NCBI GenBank assembly: GCA_040905565.1
Contig: JBBDRF010000059.1
Location: forward strand, 12,871 to 76,870
From: Phycisphaeraceae bacterium
GTDB taxonomy: Bacteria > Planctomycetota > Phycisphaerae > Phycisphaerales > Zrk34
Length of the DNA stretch: 64,000 bases
Reading direction: 5' to 3'
The position numbers and the translations under genes were made by a program. Positions 27,374 through 36,764 of this stretch are shown piece after piece. The notes beneath the pieces were generated by a model, which saw only the letters and a program-made list of their open reading frames with translations, did no database searches and was not told where the DNA came from. Numbering within the stretch: the first letter of the stretch is position 1; every line of letters begins with the position of its first letter.

Positions 27374-28579
27374 ATGAAGAGCATTGCTACGACTACGTCT
27401 ATCGTCGGCTTCGACCATCAGGCTCGGACGCGCATCGTGTTCGGCCCGGATTCGGTGGAACGCATCGGGCCGCTCGCCGCTGAATGGGATGCGAAGCGGG
27501 TGCTGCTGGTGACCGATCCGCACATCGTTCAGGCGGGGCACGCGGAACGGCTTCAGGCGTCGCTGATCGAAGCGGGCATCGACGTGGTGCTCTTCGCTGA
27601 GGTGCGGGAGAATCCGACGACGGACGATGTCGACGTGGCCTTGCAGGTGGCGCGCGAAGCGAAGGTCGATACGATCGTCGGCCTCGGCGGCGGCAGTGCA
27701 CTCGATACCGCGAAGGGGTGCAACTTCCTGCTGACCAACGGCGGCACGATGCACGACTACTGGGGCGTGGGCAAGGCGACGAAGGCGATGCTGCCGTTGA
27801 TCGCTGTGCCGACCACTGCGGGGACGGGCTCGGAGTGTCAGTCGTTCGCACTGATCGCCGACGCGAAGACGCATCAGAAAATGGCGTGCGGGGATTCGAA
27901 AGCCGCGGCACGCGTGGCGGTTCTCGACCCGAAGCTGACGCTGACGCAGCCGACGCATGTCACGGCTAACACCGGCATCGATACCGTCACGCATGCGGTC
28001 GAGGCGGCGGTGACGGTGAAGCGGAATGAGATGTCGACGCTGTACGCCCGGGAGGCGTTCCGGTTGGCGCAGCTTGAGTTGCCTCGCGTGCTGGCGGAGC
28101 CTGACAATCTCGACGCACGCGGCCGAATGCAACTTGCCGCGGCGTTCGCCGGGACGGCCATCGAAAACTCCATGCTCGGCGCCGCCCACTCAGCGGCCAA
28201 TCCGCTCACGGCTCACTTCAACATCGTCCACGGTCAGGCGGTCGGCCTGATGCTGCCGGCGGTGATCCGCTTCAACCTGGGTGACGACGATGCCCGTCGG
28301 CTGTACGCGAAGCTTGCCGTCCACGCCCGGCTGATCGGCCCGGATGCAGCGGAACTCGAAGCCGTGGCTGCACTGCTTGAGCGCATCACGGCCTTGCTGG
28401 ATGCTGCACAAATCCCCACCAGTCTCGAAGAGGCCGGGGCGAACGCGGCGATGATCCCCACGCTGGCAGCGGAAGCGGCAGGGCAGTGGACGGCGAACTT
28501 CAATCCGCGCGCCGTCACAGCCGATGACTTCGCCAAACTCTATGAGCAAAGCTTCGCGCGACGCACGGCTGAGCTGTAA
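27374..28579 (+). CDS. Iron-containing (class III) alcohol dehydrogenase
   Basis: GGGSALDTAK, PTTAGTGSE, D..THAVE, AHSAAN, HG metal ligands. Confidence 0.92.
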   Translation: MKSIATTTSIVGFDHQARTRIVFGPDSVERIGPLAAEWDAKRVLLVTDPHIVQAGHAERLQASLIEAGIDVVLFAEVRENPTTDDVDVALQVAREAKVDTIVGLGGGSALDTAKGCNFLLTNGGTMHDYWGVGKATKAMLPLIAVPTTAGTGSECQSFALIADAKTHQKMACGDSKAAARVAVLDPKLTLTQPTHVTANTGIDTVTHAVEAAVTVKRNEMSTLYAREAFRLAQLELPRVLAEPDNLDARGRMQLAAAFAGTAIENSMLGAAHSAANPLTAHFNIVHGQAVGLMLPAVIRFNLGDDDARRLYAKLAVHARLIGPDAAELEAVAALLERITALLDAAQIPTSLEEAGANAAMIPTLAAEAAGQWTANFNPRAVTADDFAKLYEQSFARRTAEL

Positions 28580-28677
28580 CGACCCCCGTTGAGCATTCAG
28601 CATTCCCGCGAGGCTTTTGGCTACCTTATGCAACGCCTTGCCGCAGACTCGTGTTGGCTCTGTTATTAGGTGCAAAT

Positions 28678-29856
28678 ATGCGGCGATATCACCTGTTTTT
28701 GTGCATGTTGGTAGGGTGGCTCTCAATTCTTCAAGCGCAGGCTGCGTCGCCTCAAGTTCGGACGGACGCGCTGAAGTACATTGGCAGAGCTGAGCAGGCG
28801 ATTGGAAACAGCGAAGACGCTCATCTATATAGTGAGGGAGCGTTTGGCGTCGCGCGTGCTAAGTATCTAGTACAGGGGGCGACTGAGGCCCAACGGTTTA
28901 TCGAAACGTTGCGGCCAAACGCGCGGCCGGCAGTGTTTTCATTGTTGGCCGCGTTCGCCGCTAGTCGCGGTGATGTTGAGACGGCTGTTTCTGAGTTCCT
29001 TCCGCATAGCGACGAAGCAGACAGGGATGGGTGCTTGGAGAGTATCGTTCTCAGCATATTGAGCCGTTCTGAGTACGACGAGATTCGTCGGTTGCTGCAG
29101 CTGCTTACTCCGAAGCGTTCCAGCAATGTGGCTGCTGCTGCTTCCGTTCGCCTTGCGGCTAGTGGGGATTTCGAGAACTCCGAAAGAATACTTGCCCGTG
29201 TTTCACCGGAGAGGTTGCGCCAGCAGGCCGGCATTAGAATCGAATATGTGAAGATCCTGTGGAACGGCGGCCGTTTCGATAATGAGCACGGCTTGGCGAC
29301 CAAGGAAGTCGAAGTTCGCGCTGTTGAAGTCGCTGTTTCTGCTGCCAAGCTAGGCGATATAGCTGTGTTAGAAAGAGCGCTTGCTCAATTAGATGGACCA
29401 AAGAAGGCGTTGTTTGGGGCAGCAGCGGTCAAGGTGTTGGCGGAGTGTGGGTTTGTTGTTGAGGCCAAGCATGTATACGGTCTGATCGATGGGGTGGCTG
29501 TAGAACATCCCAATTTTATCTTGTTGATTGCGTGTGCAGAGGCGTCGTGGAGTATCGGTGACAAGAGGCGGGCGGCTGGATACGTAGATGAACTCCTCGA
29601 AATGACTGACGACGATGGCTTTAGGAACGAGTACATCTATCCGTCGATAGCGCATGTGATAATTGGCATGGATGAGCGGTGGGACATTTCCGGCAAGGGT
29701 TGGGAGATGGCGTTCGCTGAAGTGTTAGTTCGGGTTCGCGGTGTGGACGACTTCGAGCAGTGGTATGACTCAATACAGGAGGAGCAAGCCAAGGTAAAAG
29801 CTCTGGTAGGTGCAAGCGTCGGACTCAGTATAATGGTTCAGTCTTCTGAACCGTGA
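28678..29856 (+). CDS. Hypothetical exported alpha-helical-repeat protein, lower GC
   Basis: Long ORF with signal peptide (AQA-A); codon usage visibly more AT-rich than its neighbours. Confidence 0.65.
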   Translation: MRRYHLFLCMLVGWLSILQAQAASPQVRTDALKYIGRAEQAIGNSEDAHLYSEGAFGVARAKYLVQGATEAQRFIETLRPNARPAVFSLLAAFAASRGDVETAVSEFLPHSDEADRDGCLESIVLSILSRSEYDEIRRLLQLLTPKRSSNVAAAASVRLAASGDFENSERILARVSPERLRQQAGIRIEYVKILWNGGRFDNEHGLATKEVEVRAVEVAVSAAKLGDIAVLERALAQLDGPKKALFGAAAVKVLAECGFVVEAKHVYGLIDGVAVEHPNFILLIACAEASWSIGDKRRAAGYVDELLEMTDDDGFRNEYIYPSIAHVIIGMDERWDISGKGWEMAFAEVLVRVRGVDDFEQWYDSIQEEQAKVKALVGASVGLSIMVQSSEP

Positions 29857-30144
29857 CGACCCTCTTGCCGGATATTTTGGCCTACGCTCAATGCGATCGA
29901 GCACGGCGAACTGCCTGACCTGGCGGAAATGATCGAAAAGACAGAGGGCGGAGCGAAAGTCACCCTGAAGGCCCTTATCGCCGAGCTGCTGAGAATTGCC
30001 GGCCATCCCGAGCACGCCAAGCGATACCTGATGCGATGCATCCCCCCCGATCGGCGAACGCATGCTCGACCCGACCGCAGCCTACTGATCCATGCGGCAG
30101 CAGGGTCTGGATCGTTACGAGGAAGGAGGCGGGTAGCCGCTTAA
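29857..30144 (+). pseudogene. Possible gene remnant (helical/TPR-like fragment)
   Basis: Frame continues after the previous stop with protein-like ...LAEMIEK...ALIAELLRIAGHPEHAKRYLMRC, then degenerates. Confidence 0.25.
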
Positions 30145-30256
30145 ATTCCAACCACTCGCCCTGCGGGTGGGGCAATTCCCCAAATCCGGTTGCCTCGGGC
30201 TATTCCCGATGGGCGTCGGCTCTAGCATGTCTCGGTTTTGAGAAAGGAACCGAGTC

Positions 30257-30901
30257 ATGGCGAAGCTAGTGCCGGTTTATCGTGGCCTGACAACGGACGA
30301 CGCCCAGCGACTGGCGGACTACCTCGACGAACGCGGGATCGAGGCCTACGTCGACAGCACGCAGAGTCCGCTCTACGGCATGAGTCAGGGCCCCAGCGCC
30401 CATGTGGTTTATGTCGACGAACATATCTCGGGCTACGGGCGAGATTTGGTGCGGCAGTTCAGTCGAGAATGGCACGCCGGCGTCGCGAAGGATGAGGTCG
30501 ACCGTGAGGACACCGGCTGGGAGGTGCCGACGCATGATCGGCCATCGGACGATGCGATGGTCGACAGCACGCAGGATCAGGATCGGGCATACGGGCCCGA
30601 TTTCCTGCAGGAGGAGGATATTGAGAGCTACACCCGTGAGTCGGCTGAGGTCGAGGATCTGATCGACGAGACGGGGCATGAAAGCTTCACTGACCGCATC
30701 GTCCGGTTCGGCACGGATCACGACGTGGCGGAGGAAGAGGACTACAGCGCCATTGACGACGCACTTGATTCCGACATCGACGAGGCCGTCGATCAGGCGG
30801 ACACGCGGCAGGGGATGGATGAGCAAGAGACGCGGCCGACTGATTTTGTTCGTCGCACACGCTACGACAAGGAACGCTACGACAAGGAAGATGAAGGCTG
30901 A
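30257..30901 (+). CDS. DUF2007-like N-terminal domain with long acidic tail
   Basis: LVPVYR...DAQRLADYLDERGIEAYV pattern; AAGGA SD; 15-nt tandem duplication at 30859-30888 (RYDKE x2). Confidence 0.65.
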   Translation: MAKLVPVYRGLTTDDAQRLADYLDERGIEAYVDSTQSPLYGMSQGPSAHVVYVDEHISGYGRDLVRQFSREWHAGVAKDEVDREDTGWEVPTHDRPSDDAMVDSTQDQDRAYGPDFLQEEDIESYTRESAEVEDLIDETGHESFTDRIVRFGTDHDVAEEEDYSAIDDALDSDIDEAVDQADTRQGMDEQETRPTDFVRRTRYDKERYDKEDEG

Positions 30902-30941
30902 GTGCGTGCGATAAGAAACGTCGTTTTTGCAACTTTCGGCA

Positions 30942-30963
30942 GAACATACGTATAAGTATTATC
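30942..30963. promoter_or_regulatory. Palindromic operator candidate (box 2), related to box 1
   Basis: GAACATAC-GTATAA-GTATTATC; same 8-6-8 layout and shared TACGTAnAnGTATTATC core with 18092-18113. Confidence 0.6.
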
Positions 30964-31030
30964 CGCTTGCGTAGCACTTCGGCGCCGCCTATACTTGATG
31001 CGGTAGACGAGTCCGACGACGCAAGGGACG

Positions 31031-32170
31031 ATGATGAGCAAAAGCTGGTTTCTGGCGTGCGCATGGGTCGCAATGTGCAGCATCGGCGCAGCATCGGCCG
31101 TGGTCGAGGCTGGGACGGATTGGCCTATCTTCCGCGGTGATGCGGCGTTGACAGGCGTCTCCGATGCCACACTCCCTGATAATCCGCAGTTGCGATGGTC
31201 GTTTGCCACCGAGGGGCCGGTGAAAAGTTCGCCTGTCATCGGCGGCGGCAAGGCGTTCATCGGCTCCGACGACGGCAACCTCTACGCACTTGATCTAAAC
31301 ACCGGTGAGAAGGTCTGGGCCTACGAGACCGAAGCTCCGATCGAGGGCGCTCCCGCGCTCCATGACGAGACCGTTTACGTCGGCTCAACCGATGCCCACC
31401 TCTACGCGGTGGATGCTGAGACCGGCGAGCTACGCTGGAAATACGAAACCGGCGATCAGATTGTCGGCGGGCCGAACATCCTGACCGGCGAAGGCGACGA
31501 GCCGACGCTGGTGATCATCGGTTCGCACGATACCTTCCTGCATGCCGTAAACGCCGACACCGGCGAAGTGGTGTGGACCTACCAGACGGACAATTACGTC
31601 GTGGCCGTGCCGACCATCGAGCAGGGCCGAACGGTGTTCGGCGGTTGCGATGGGTTCCTTCACGTCGTGTCGCTGCGGGGCGGGGAGCCAATTGAGCAGA
31701 TCGAGATCGGCGCCTACGTCGGCGGCTCGGCGGCACTGGTCGGCGGTCAGGTGTTCCTGGGGCACTACGACAACGAATTCATCTGCGTTGATCTTGATGC
31801 GAAGGACGTGAAGTGGACGTATCGCGATCGCAACTTCCCGTACTTTTCCTCGCCTGCTGTGGCTGATGAGATGATCGTGTTCGGCGGCCGCGATCGACGG
31901 CTGCATGCGGTCGATCGTGAAGACGGCAGCCTGCTCTGGACATTCAACACACGCGCCCGCGTCGATAGTTCGCCCGTGATTGCCGGCGACCGCGTGGTGG
32001 TCGGCTCCTCCGACGGCCGGGTTTACATGGTGAACCTCAGCGACGGCTCGGAGGCGTGGTCGTATGAAATCGGCGACGCGATCACCGGTTCGCCCGGGGT
32101 GATCGACGGGCTGTTCATCATCGGCTCCGAAGACGGCAGCGTTTATGCCTTCGGCGACGCGCCAAACTGA
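31031..32170 (+). CDS. Secreted BamB/PQQ-like beta-propeller protein
   Basis: Signal peptide; DWPIFRGD; eight regular SSP...GS.DG.LYA.D..TG...W blades. Confidence 0.88.
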   Translation: MMSKSWFLACAWVAMCSIGAASAVVEAGTDWPIFRGDAALTGVSDATLPDNPQLRWSFATEGPVKSSPVIGGGKAFIGSDDGNLYALDLNTGEKVWAYETEAPIEGAPALHDETVYVGSTDAHLYAVDAETGELRWKYETGDQIVGGPNILTGEGDEPTLVIIGSHDTFLHAVNADTGEVVWTYQTDNYVVAVPTIEQGRTVFGGCDGFLHVVSLRGGEPIEQIEIGAYVGGSAALVGGQVFLGHYDNEFICVDLDAKDVKWTYRDRNFPYFSSPAVADEMIVFGGRDRRLHAVDREDGSLLWTFNTRARVDSSPVIAGDRVVVGSSDGRVYMVNLSDGSEAWSYEIGDAITGSPGVIDGLFIIGSEDGSVYAFGDAPN

Positions 32171-32230
32171 TCGGCGGTCGCCCTTTCACTGTTTTGCATT
32201 TATCTCGGTCACTCACGGTCTGGAGAAGAC

Positions 32231-33574
32231 ATGACCAGCCTGACTCACAAAGTTCGCCCGCTGCCCAGCCTTTCCGATCCGGACACGAAGGCGGGCAACT
32301 ACTTCGTTTCCAACTATCCGCCGTTCTCGGAGTGGACGCCCGAACGGCTGAGTGAAATTCACGAAGCGATCGACACGCCGCCCGATCCGACCGCTCCGCT
32401 TGGGCTTTACGTGCATATCCCGTTCTGTCGTCGGCGGTGCCATTTCTGCTACTTCAAGGTCTACACCGATCGCAACGCGAAGCAGATCAAAGCCTACACC
32501 GATGCGGTGGTGCAGGAACTCACGGAGTATGCGAAGCACGCGTTCGTCGGCGGCCGTACGCCTCAGTTCGTCTACTTCGGGGGCGGGACGCCTTCGTATC
32601 TCTCAGGCAAGCAGCTGACTGAACTCACCGACGGCCTCAAGAGCGTGCTGAACTGGGATGAGGTTCAGGAAGTCACGTTCGAAGCCGAGCCCGGCACGCT
32701 GAATGAGAAGAAGCTCGCAGCGATCCGCGACCTGGGCGTCACCCGCCTCAGCTACGGCGTCGAAAACTTCAACGACTACGTGCTGAACACGAACAACCGG
32801 GCCCACGAATCGAAGCAGGTCTACCGGGCCTATGAGTGGGCGCGTGAGATCGGCTTCCCGCAGATCAACATCGACCTGATCGCGGGCATGCTCGAAGAGA
32901 CCGAAGACAACTGGGTGCACAACGTCGCGGAGACGATCCGCCTCGCGCCCGACTGCGTCACGATCTACCAGATGGAGATTCCCTTCAACACCACCATCTA
33001 TCGCGGCATGCGGGAGAAGGGCGAACTGGTCGCGCCCGTGGCGGATTGGGACACCAAACGCCGCTGGGTGAAGTACGCTTTCGATGAGCTTGAGAAGGCC
33101 GGCTATACCGTCACCAGTGCTTACACCGCGGTGAAGGATCCCAAGCAGACGCGGTTCGTTTACCGTGACAGTTTGTGGACCGGTGCGGACATGCTGGCGC
33201 TCGGCGTTTCCAGCTTCGGGCATATCAATCAGACGCACTATCAGAACGAAAAGAACATCGACAAGTACGTCGAAACGGTGCAGGGCGGCGAGCTGCCGAT
33301 TCACCGGGCAAGGCGGATCAACAGCGACGAAGCATTGATTCGTGAGCTGGTGCTGCAGATGAAGCTCGGCCGATTCAACGCGGAGTATTTCCGCAACAAG
33401 TTCGGCGTGGATGTGCTTGAGCGGTTCGCGGAGCCGCTCGGCAAGTATCGCGAGCTTGGGTTCTTGACCATTGATGGTGATCGTGTGGAGCTTGACCGCG
33501 ACGCGTTGTTGCAGGTCGACACGATGTTGTACGAGTTTTTCCTGCCTGAGCACCGCGAGGTGCGGTACACGTGA
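32231..33574 (+). CDS. HemN-like radical SAM enzyme
   Basis: LYVHIPFCRRRCHFC (CxxxCxxC), FGGGTPS, RLSYGVE, NIDLIAG, LGVSSFG. Confidence 0.88.
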   Translation: MTSLTHKVRPLPSLSDPDTKAGNYFVSNYPPFSEWTPERLSEIHEAIDTPPDPTAPLGLYVHIPFCRRRCHFCYFKVYTDRNAKQIKAYTDAVVQELTEYAKHAFVGGRTPQFVYFGGGTPSYLSGKQLTELTDGLKSVLNWDEVQEVTFEAEPGTLNEKKLAAIRDLGVTRLSYGVENFNDYVLNTNNRAHESKQVYRAYEWAREIGFPQINIDLIAGMLEETEDNWVHNVAETIRLAPDCVTIYQMEIPFNTTIYRGMREKGELVAPVADWDTKRRWVKYAFDELEKAGYTVTSAYTAVKDPKQTRFVYRDSLWTGADMLALGVSSFGHINQTHYQNEKNIDKYVETVQGGELPIHRARRINSDEALIRELVLQMKLGRFNAEYFRNKFGVDVLERFAEPLGKYRELGFLTIDGDRVELDRDALLQVDTMLYEFFLPEHREVRYT

Positions 33575-33584
33575 GGTCGCACTG

Positions 33585-34175
33585 ATGACGCCACTGGTCA
33601 ACCGCATCGCGGAACTGCTGTACCCGTTGAGCGATTTTTACGCCGCCAGCGGGGCGCGCCTGCCGGACGTCGAAACGGTCGATGGCTTGAAGATGCCGCA
33701 GCCGTTTCGTCGGTTGCTGGTGCATCGCAACGACATGACGCCGACGCTTGAAGCGTTCGCCGGTCAACGCATCGGCCTGCGGACACTTGAGGTGCATCGC
33801 GGTGAGGATGCGCTGTATCGGCAGGTCGTGCTGATCACCGATGGCGATGAACAGCCGATGGAGTTCGGCGCGATCAAGATCTATGTCGATCGGTTCGAGG
33901 CGGAGGCGCGGGAGAAGATTCTCGGCTGCCGATGCCCGCTGGGAACGATTCTGCACGACTACAAGATCAAGCACGCGTCGCGACCGACGGACTTTTTCTC
34001 CATGACCAGCGATCCCGTGATCGCCGGCGCCCTTGGGCTGGAGGACGCGGAGCGCACGCTGTACGGACGGCACAACGTTTTGTGGGACGCGGAGAATATG
34101 CCCCTCGCGGAGGTTGTCGAGGTACTGCCTCCTTTTGACGATCGGCCGAATGCACAGGAGAACGGTGATGGATGA
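33585..34175 (+). CDS. Chorismate lyase (UbiC/UTRA fold)-like protein
   Basis: RRLLVH..DMTPTLE, RQVVL, PLGTIL, LYGR..V, LAEVVEVLP pattern; GAGG SD; overlaps the next gene. Confidence 0.65.
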   Translation: MTPLVNRIAELLYPLSDFYAASGARLPDVETVDGLKMPQPFRRLLVHRNDMTPTLEAFAGQRIGLRTLEVHRGEDALYRQVVLITDGDEQPMEFGAIKIYVDRFEAEAREKILGCRCPLGTILHDYKIKHASRPTDFFSMTSDPVIAGALGLEDAERTLYGRHNVLWDAENMPLAEVVEVLPPFDDRPNAQENGDG

Positions 34176-35433
34176 CGTGAAGCATCTGGAATACGACGCG
34201 GTGATCATCGGCGGCGGGCCGGCCGGCGCGGCGACGGCGGCGATCCTTGCCGAGAAGGGGCGACGCGTCATCATCCTCGAGAAGGCGAAGTTCCCCCGCT
34301 ACAAGATCGGCGAGTCGCTGATTCCTTACTGCTACTTCCCGCTCGAACGGCTGGGCATGGTCGAAAAGCTTAACCAGAGTCACTTCGTCGATAAACATTC
34401 CGTGCAGTTCGTCAGCAAGCGTGGCAAAGTCTCGCAGCCGTTCTATTTTTACGAGCATACCAAGCATCCATGCGCCAAGACGTGGCAGGTGCTCCGCAGT
34501 GAGTTCGACGTGATGATGCTCGACAACGCCCTTGAGAAGGGGGCCGAGGTGCTGCACGAGACGGCTGCCCGCGAGTTGATTCACGAGGGCGATCAGGTTG
34601 TCGGCGTCCGCGCCCGCGGTGCGGACGGTCAGCAGTATGAGTTGCGTGCGCCGGTGACGGTCGACGCGTCCGGCCGGGAGAGTTTCGCCGTGAAGGCGAA
34701 GGGCTGGCGCGTGGATGACCCCCAGCTCAAGAAAATCGCGGTGTGGAGCTACTTCCGGGGGGCGAAGCGTGATCCGGGCATGGATGAAGGCGCGACGACG
34801 GTTGCTTTTGTCCCGGAAAAAGGGTGGTTCTGGTACATCCCGCTGCCGGACGACATGGTGAGCGTCGGCGTCGTGGCGGAGCGCGATTATCTCTACCGGG
34901 GCGAGCGCGATCCCGAAGCGATCTATCAGCGGGAGATCGACATTCAGCCCTGGATCAAGCAATACACCGCGGTCGGCGAGCGGGCGGGTGACGTGCAGGT
35001 GACGGGCGATTATTCGTATCGCGCCAAGCACTGTGCATCTGACGGACTGGTGCTGGTGGGCGATGCGTTCGCGTTTCTCGATCCGGTCTTTTCGTCGGGT
35101 GTCTTTCTCGCATTGCAGAGCGGCGTCGTCGCCGCGGACACGATCGATGCTGCCCTGAAAGAAGGCGACGTTTCCGCCGAGCGGTTCACCGACTACGGCG
35201 AATCGATGTGTCAGGGGCTCGAGGCGATGCGCCGGCTGGTTTATGCCTTCTACGATGAAGGGTTCAGCTGGGCGAAGCTGTTCGAGAAGTATCCGCACCT
35301 GCGTGAGGATGCGACCGACTGTTTGATCGGGCATCTGTGGAAGGATTTTGATCCGCTGTTCGATGCGGTGTCGGAGTTTGCCGAGGTGCCCGAGCCGTTG
35401 CCGCACGGCCGCCCGCTTGTGACCGTTACCTGA
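34168..35433 (+). CDS. FAD-dependent oxidoreductase with flavin-dependent halogenase motifs
   Basis: GGGPAG, FPRYKIGESL, conserved-position Lys in FVDKHSVQF, WFWYIP (WxWxIP), FLDPVFSSGV. Confidence 0.8.
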   Translation: MDDVKHLEYDAVIIGGGPAGAATAAILAEKGRRVIILEKAKFPRYKIGESLIPYCYFPLERLGMVEKLNQSHFVDKHSVQFVSKRGKVSQPFYFYEHTKHPCAKTWQVLRSEFDVMMLDNALEKGAEVLHETAARELIHEGDQVVGVRARGADGQQYELRAPVTVDASGRESFAVKAKGWRVDDPQLKKIAVWSYFRGAKRDPGMDEGATTVAFVPEKGWFWYIPLPDDMVSVGVVAERDYLYRGERDPEAIYQREIDIQPWIKQYTAVGERAGDVQVTGDYSYRAKHCASDGLVLVGDAFAFLDPVFSSGVFLALQSGVVAADTIDAALKEGDVSAERFTDYGESMCQGLEAMRRLVYAFYDEGFSWAKLFEKYPHLREDATDCLIGHLWKDFDPLFDAVSEFAEVPEPLPHGRPLVTVT

Positions 35434-35441
35434 AAAGCACC

Positions 35442-36764
35442 ATGCGTATCGTCAAGCTCACGCCCGGCACCGGCAACTTCTACTGCGGCAGTTGCATCCG
35501 CGACAACGCCCTGGCCAACGCCATGCGCGCCGCGGGGCATGATGTGATGATGGTGCCGATGTACCTGCCGCACGTGCTGGATGAGCCGGAGGCAGCGCTC
35601 GATTCGCCGGTGTTTTTCGGCGGCGTGAACGTTTACCTGCAAGAGAAGATACCGCTGTTTCGTCACACGCCACGCTGGGTGGATCGCCTGTTCGATGCGC
35701 CGTGGCTGCTGCGTTACGTAGCGCGCTTTGCGGGCATGACACGGGCACGCGACCTCGGCGAGATGACGGTGTCGATGCTGCAGGGCGAGCACGGTCGGCA
35801 GAATAAGGAACTCACGAAACTCATCGCATGGCTGAAATCGCAGGGGAAGGTCGACGCCGTCTGCCTGTCCAATGCGATGTTGCTCGGCGTGGCCCGGCGC
35901 ATCAAGCAGGAACTCGGCTGTGCGATCATCTGCACGCTGGCGGGCGAAGATGCGTTCCTTGATTCGCTGATCGAACCGTACCGCAGCGACGCATGGCAAC
36001 TGCTGAGCGAGCGGGCGGCGGAGGTCGACGCTTTCATCGCCGTCAGTAAATACTACGGCGACACGATGACGCGGCGTATGACGCTCAACGCCGAACGTGT
36101 GCATGTCGTCTACAACGGTGTCAACATGGAAGGCTATCGCCCGGCGGTCGAGCGTCCCGATCCGCCGGTGGTCGGCTACCTGGCACGCATGATCGAAGGC
36201 AAGGGTTTGACGACGCTGGTCGACGCGTTCATCGAACTCAAGCAGCGTGACCGCGTGCCGGGCCTGACGCTGCGTGTGGGCGGGTCCATGACGGGCGACG
36301 ACGAAAATTACGTGGCGACGCTCAAGGCGAAGCTGCGGTCGGCGGGGCTTGCCGACGACGTGAGTTTTCATCCGAACCTCAGTCACGATGAGAAGGCGGA
36401 CCTGCTACGGTCGTTCAGCGTGATGAGCGTGCCGGCGACTTACGGTGAATCGTTTGGGCTGTATCTGCTGGAGGCGTGGGCGTGCGGGGTGCCGGTGGTT
36501 CAGCCTCGCCATGCCGCGTTTCCGGAATTGTTGGACCTCAGCGGGGCCGGTATCCTGTGCAACGCCGACGATGTTGCGTCGCTTGCCGATGGCTTGGAAC
36601 AGCTGCTGCTCAAGCCCGACGACTGTACGCGGATGGGCCTGGCCGGGCGGGGCTGCGTCGAGGCACGCTTCACGATCGAGCGCATTGCGGGCGAGGTTCT
36701 GGACGTGATTGAATCGACACAGGGCAACCGGACAATAACCCGTGCGGAGGCCGCATCACCGTGA
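35442..36764 (+). CDS. Glycosyltransferase family 4 (GT-B)
   Basis: VVYNGV, KGL..LVDAF, ESFGLYLLEAWACGVPVV; unusual N-terminal YCGSC. Confidence 0.88.
   Translation: MRIVKLTPGTGNFYCGSCIRDNALANAMRAAGHDVMMVPMYLPHVLDEPEAALDSPVFFGGVNVYLQEKIPLFRHTPRWVDRLFDAPWLLRYVARFAGMTRARDLGEMTVSMLQGEHGRQNKELTKLIAWLKSQGKVDAVCLSNAMLLGVARRIKQELGCAIICTLAGEDAFLDSLIEPYRSDAWQLLSERAAEVDAFIAVSKYYGDTMTRRMTLNAERVHVVYNGVNMEGYRPAVERPDPPVVGYLARMIEGKGLTTLVDAFIELKQRDRVPGLTLRVGGSMTGDDENYVATLKAKLRSAGLADDVSFHPNLSHDEKADLLRSFSVMSVPATYGESFGLYLLEAWACGVPVVQPRHAAFPELLDLSGAGILCNADDVASLADGLEQLLLKPDDCTRMGLAGRGCVEARFTIERIAGEVLDVIESTQGNRTITRAEAASP

Noticed and set aside
30257..30901. Acidic protein with short internal repeats (VDSTQ x2, RYDKE x2) as a RiPP precursor for the radical SAM enzyme
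   Set aside because: The radical SAM is HemN-like without SPASM/RRE features, the gene lies upstream of box 2, and the repeats look like simple duplications.
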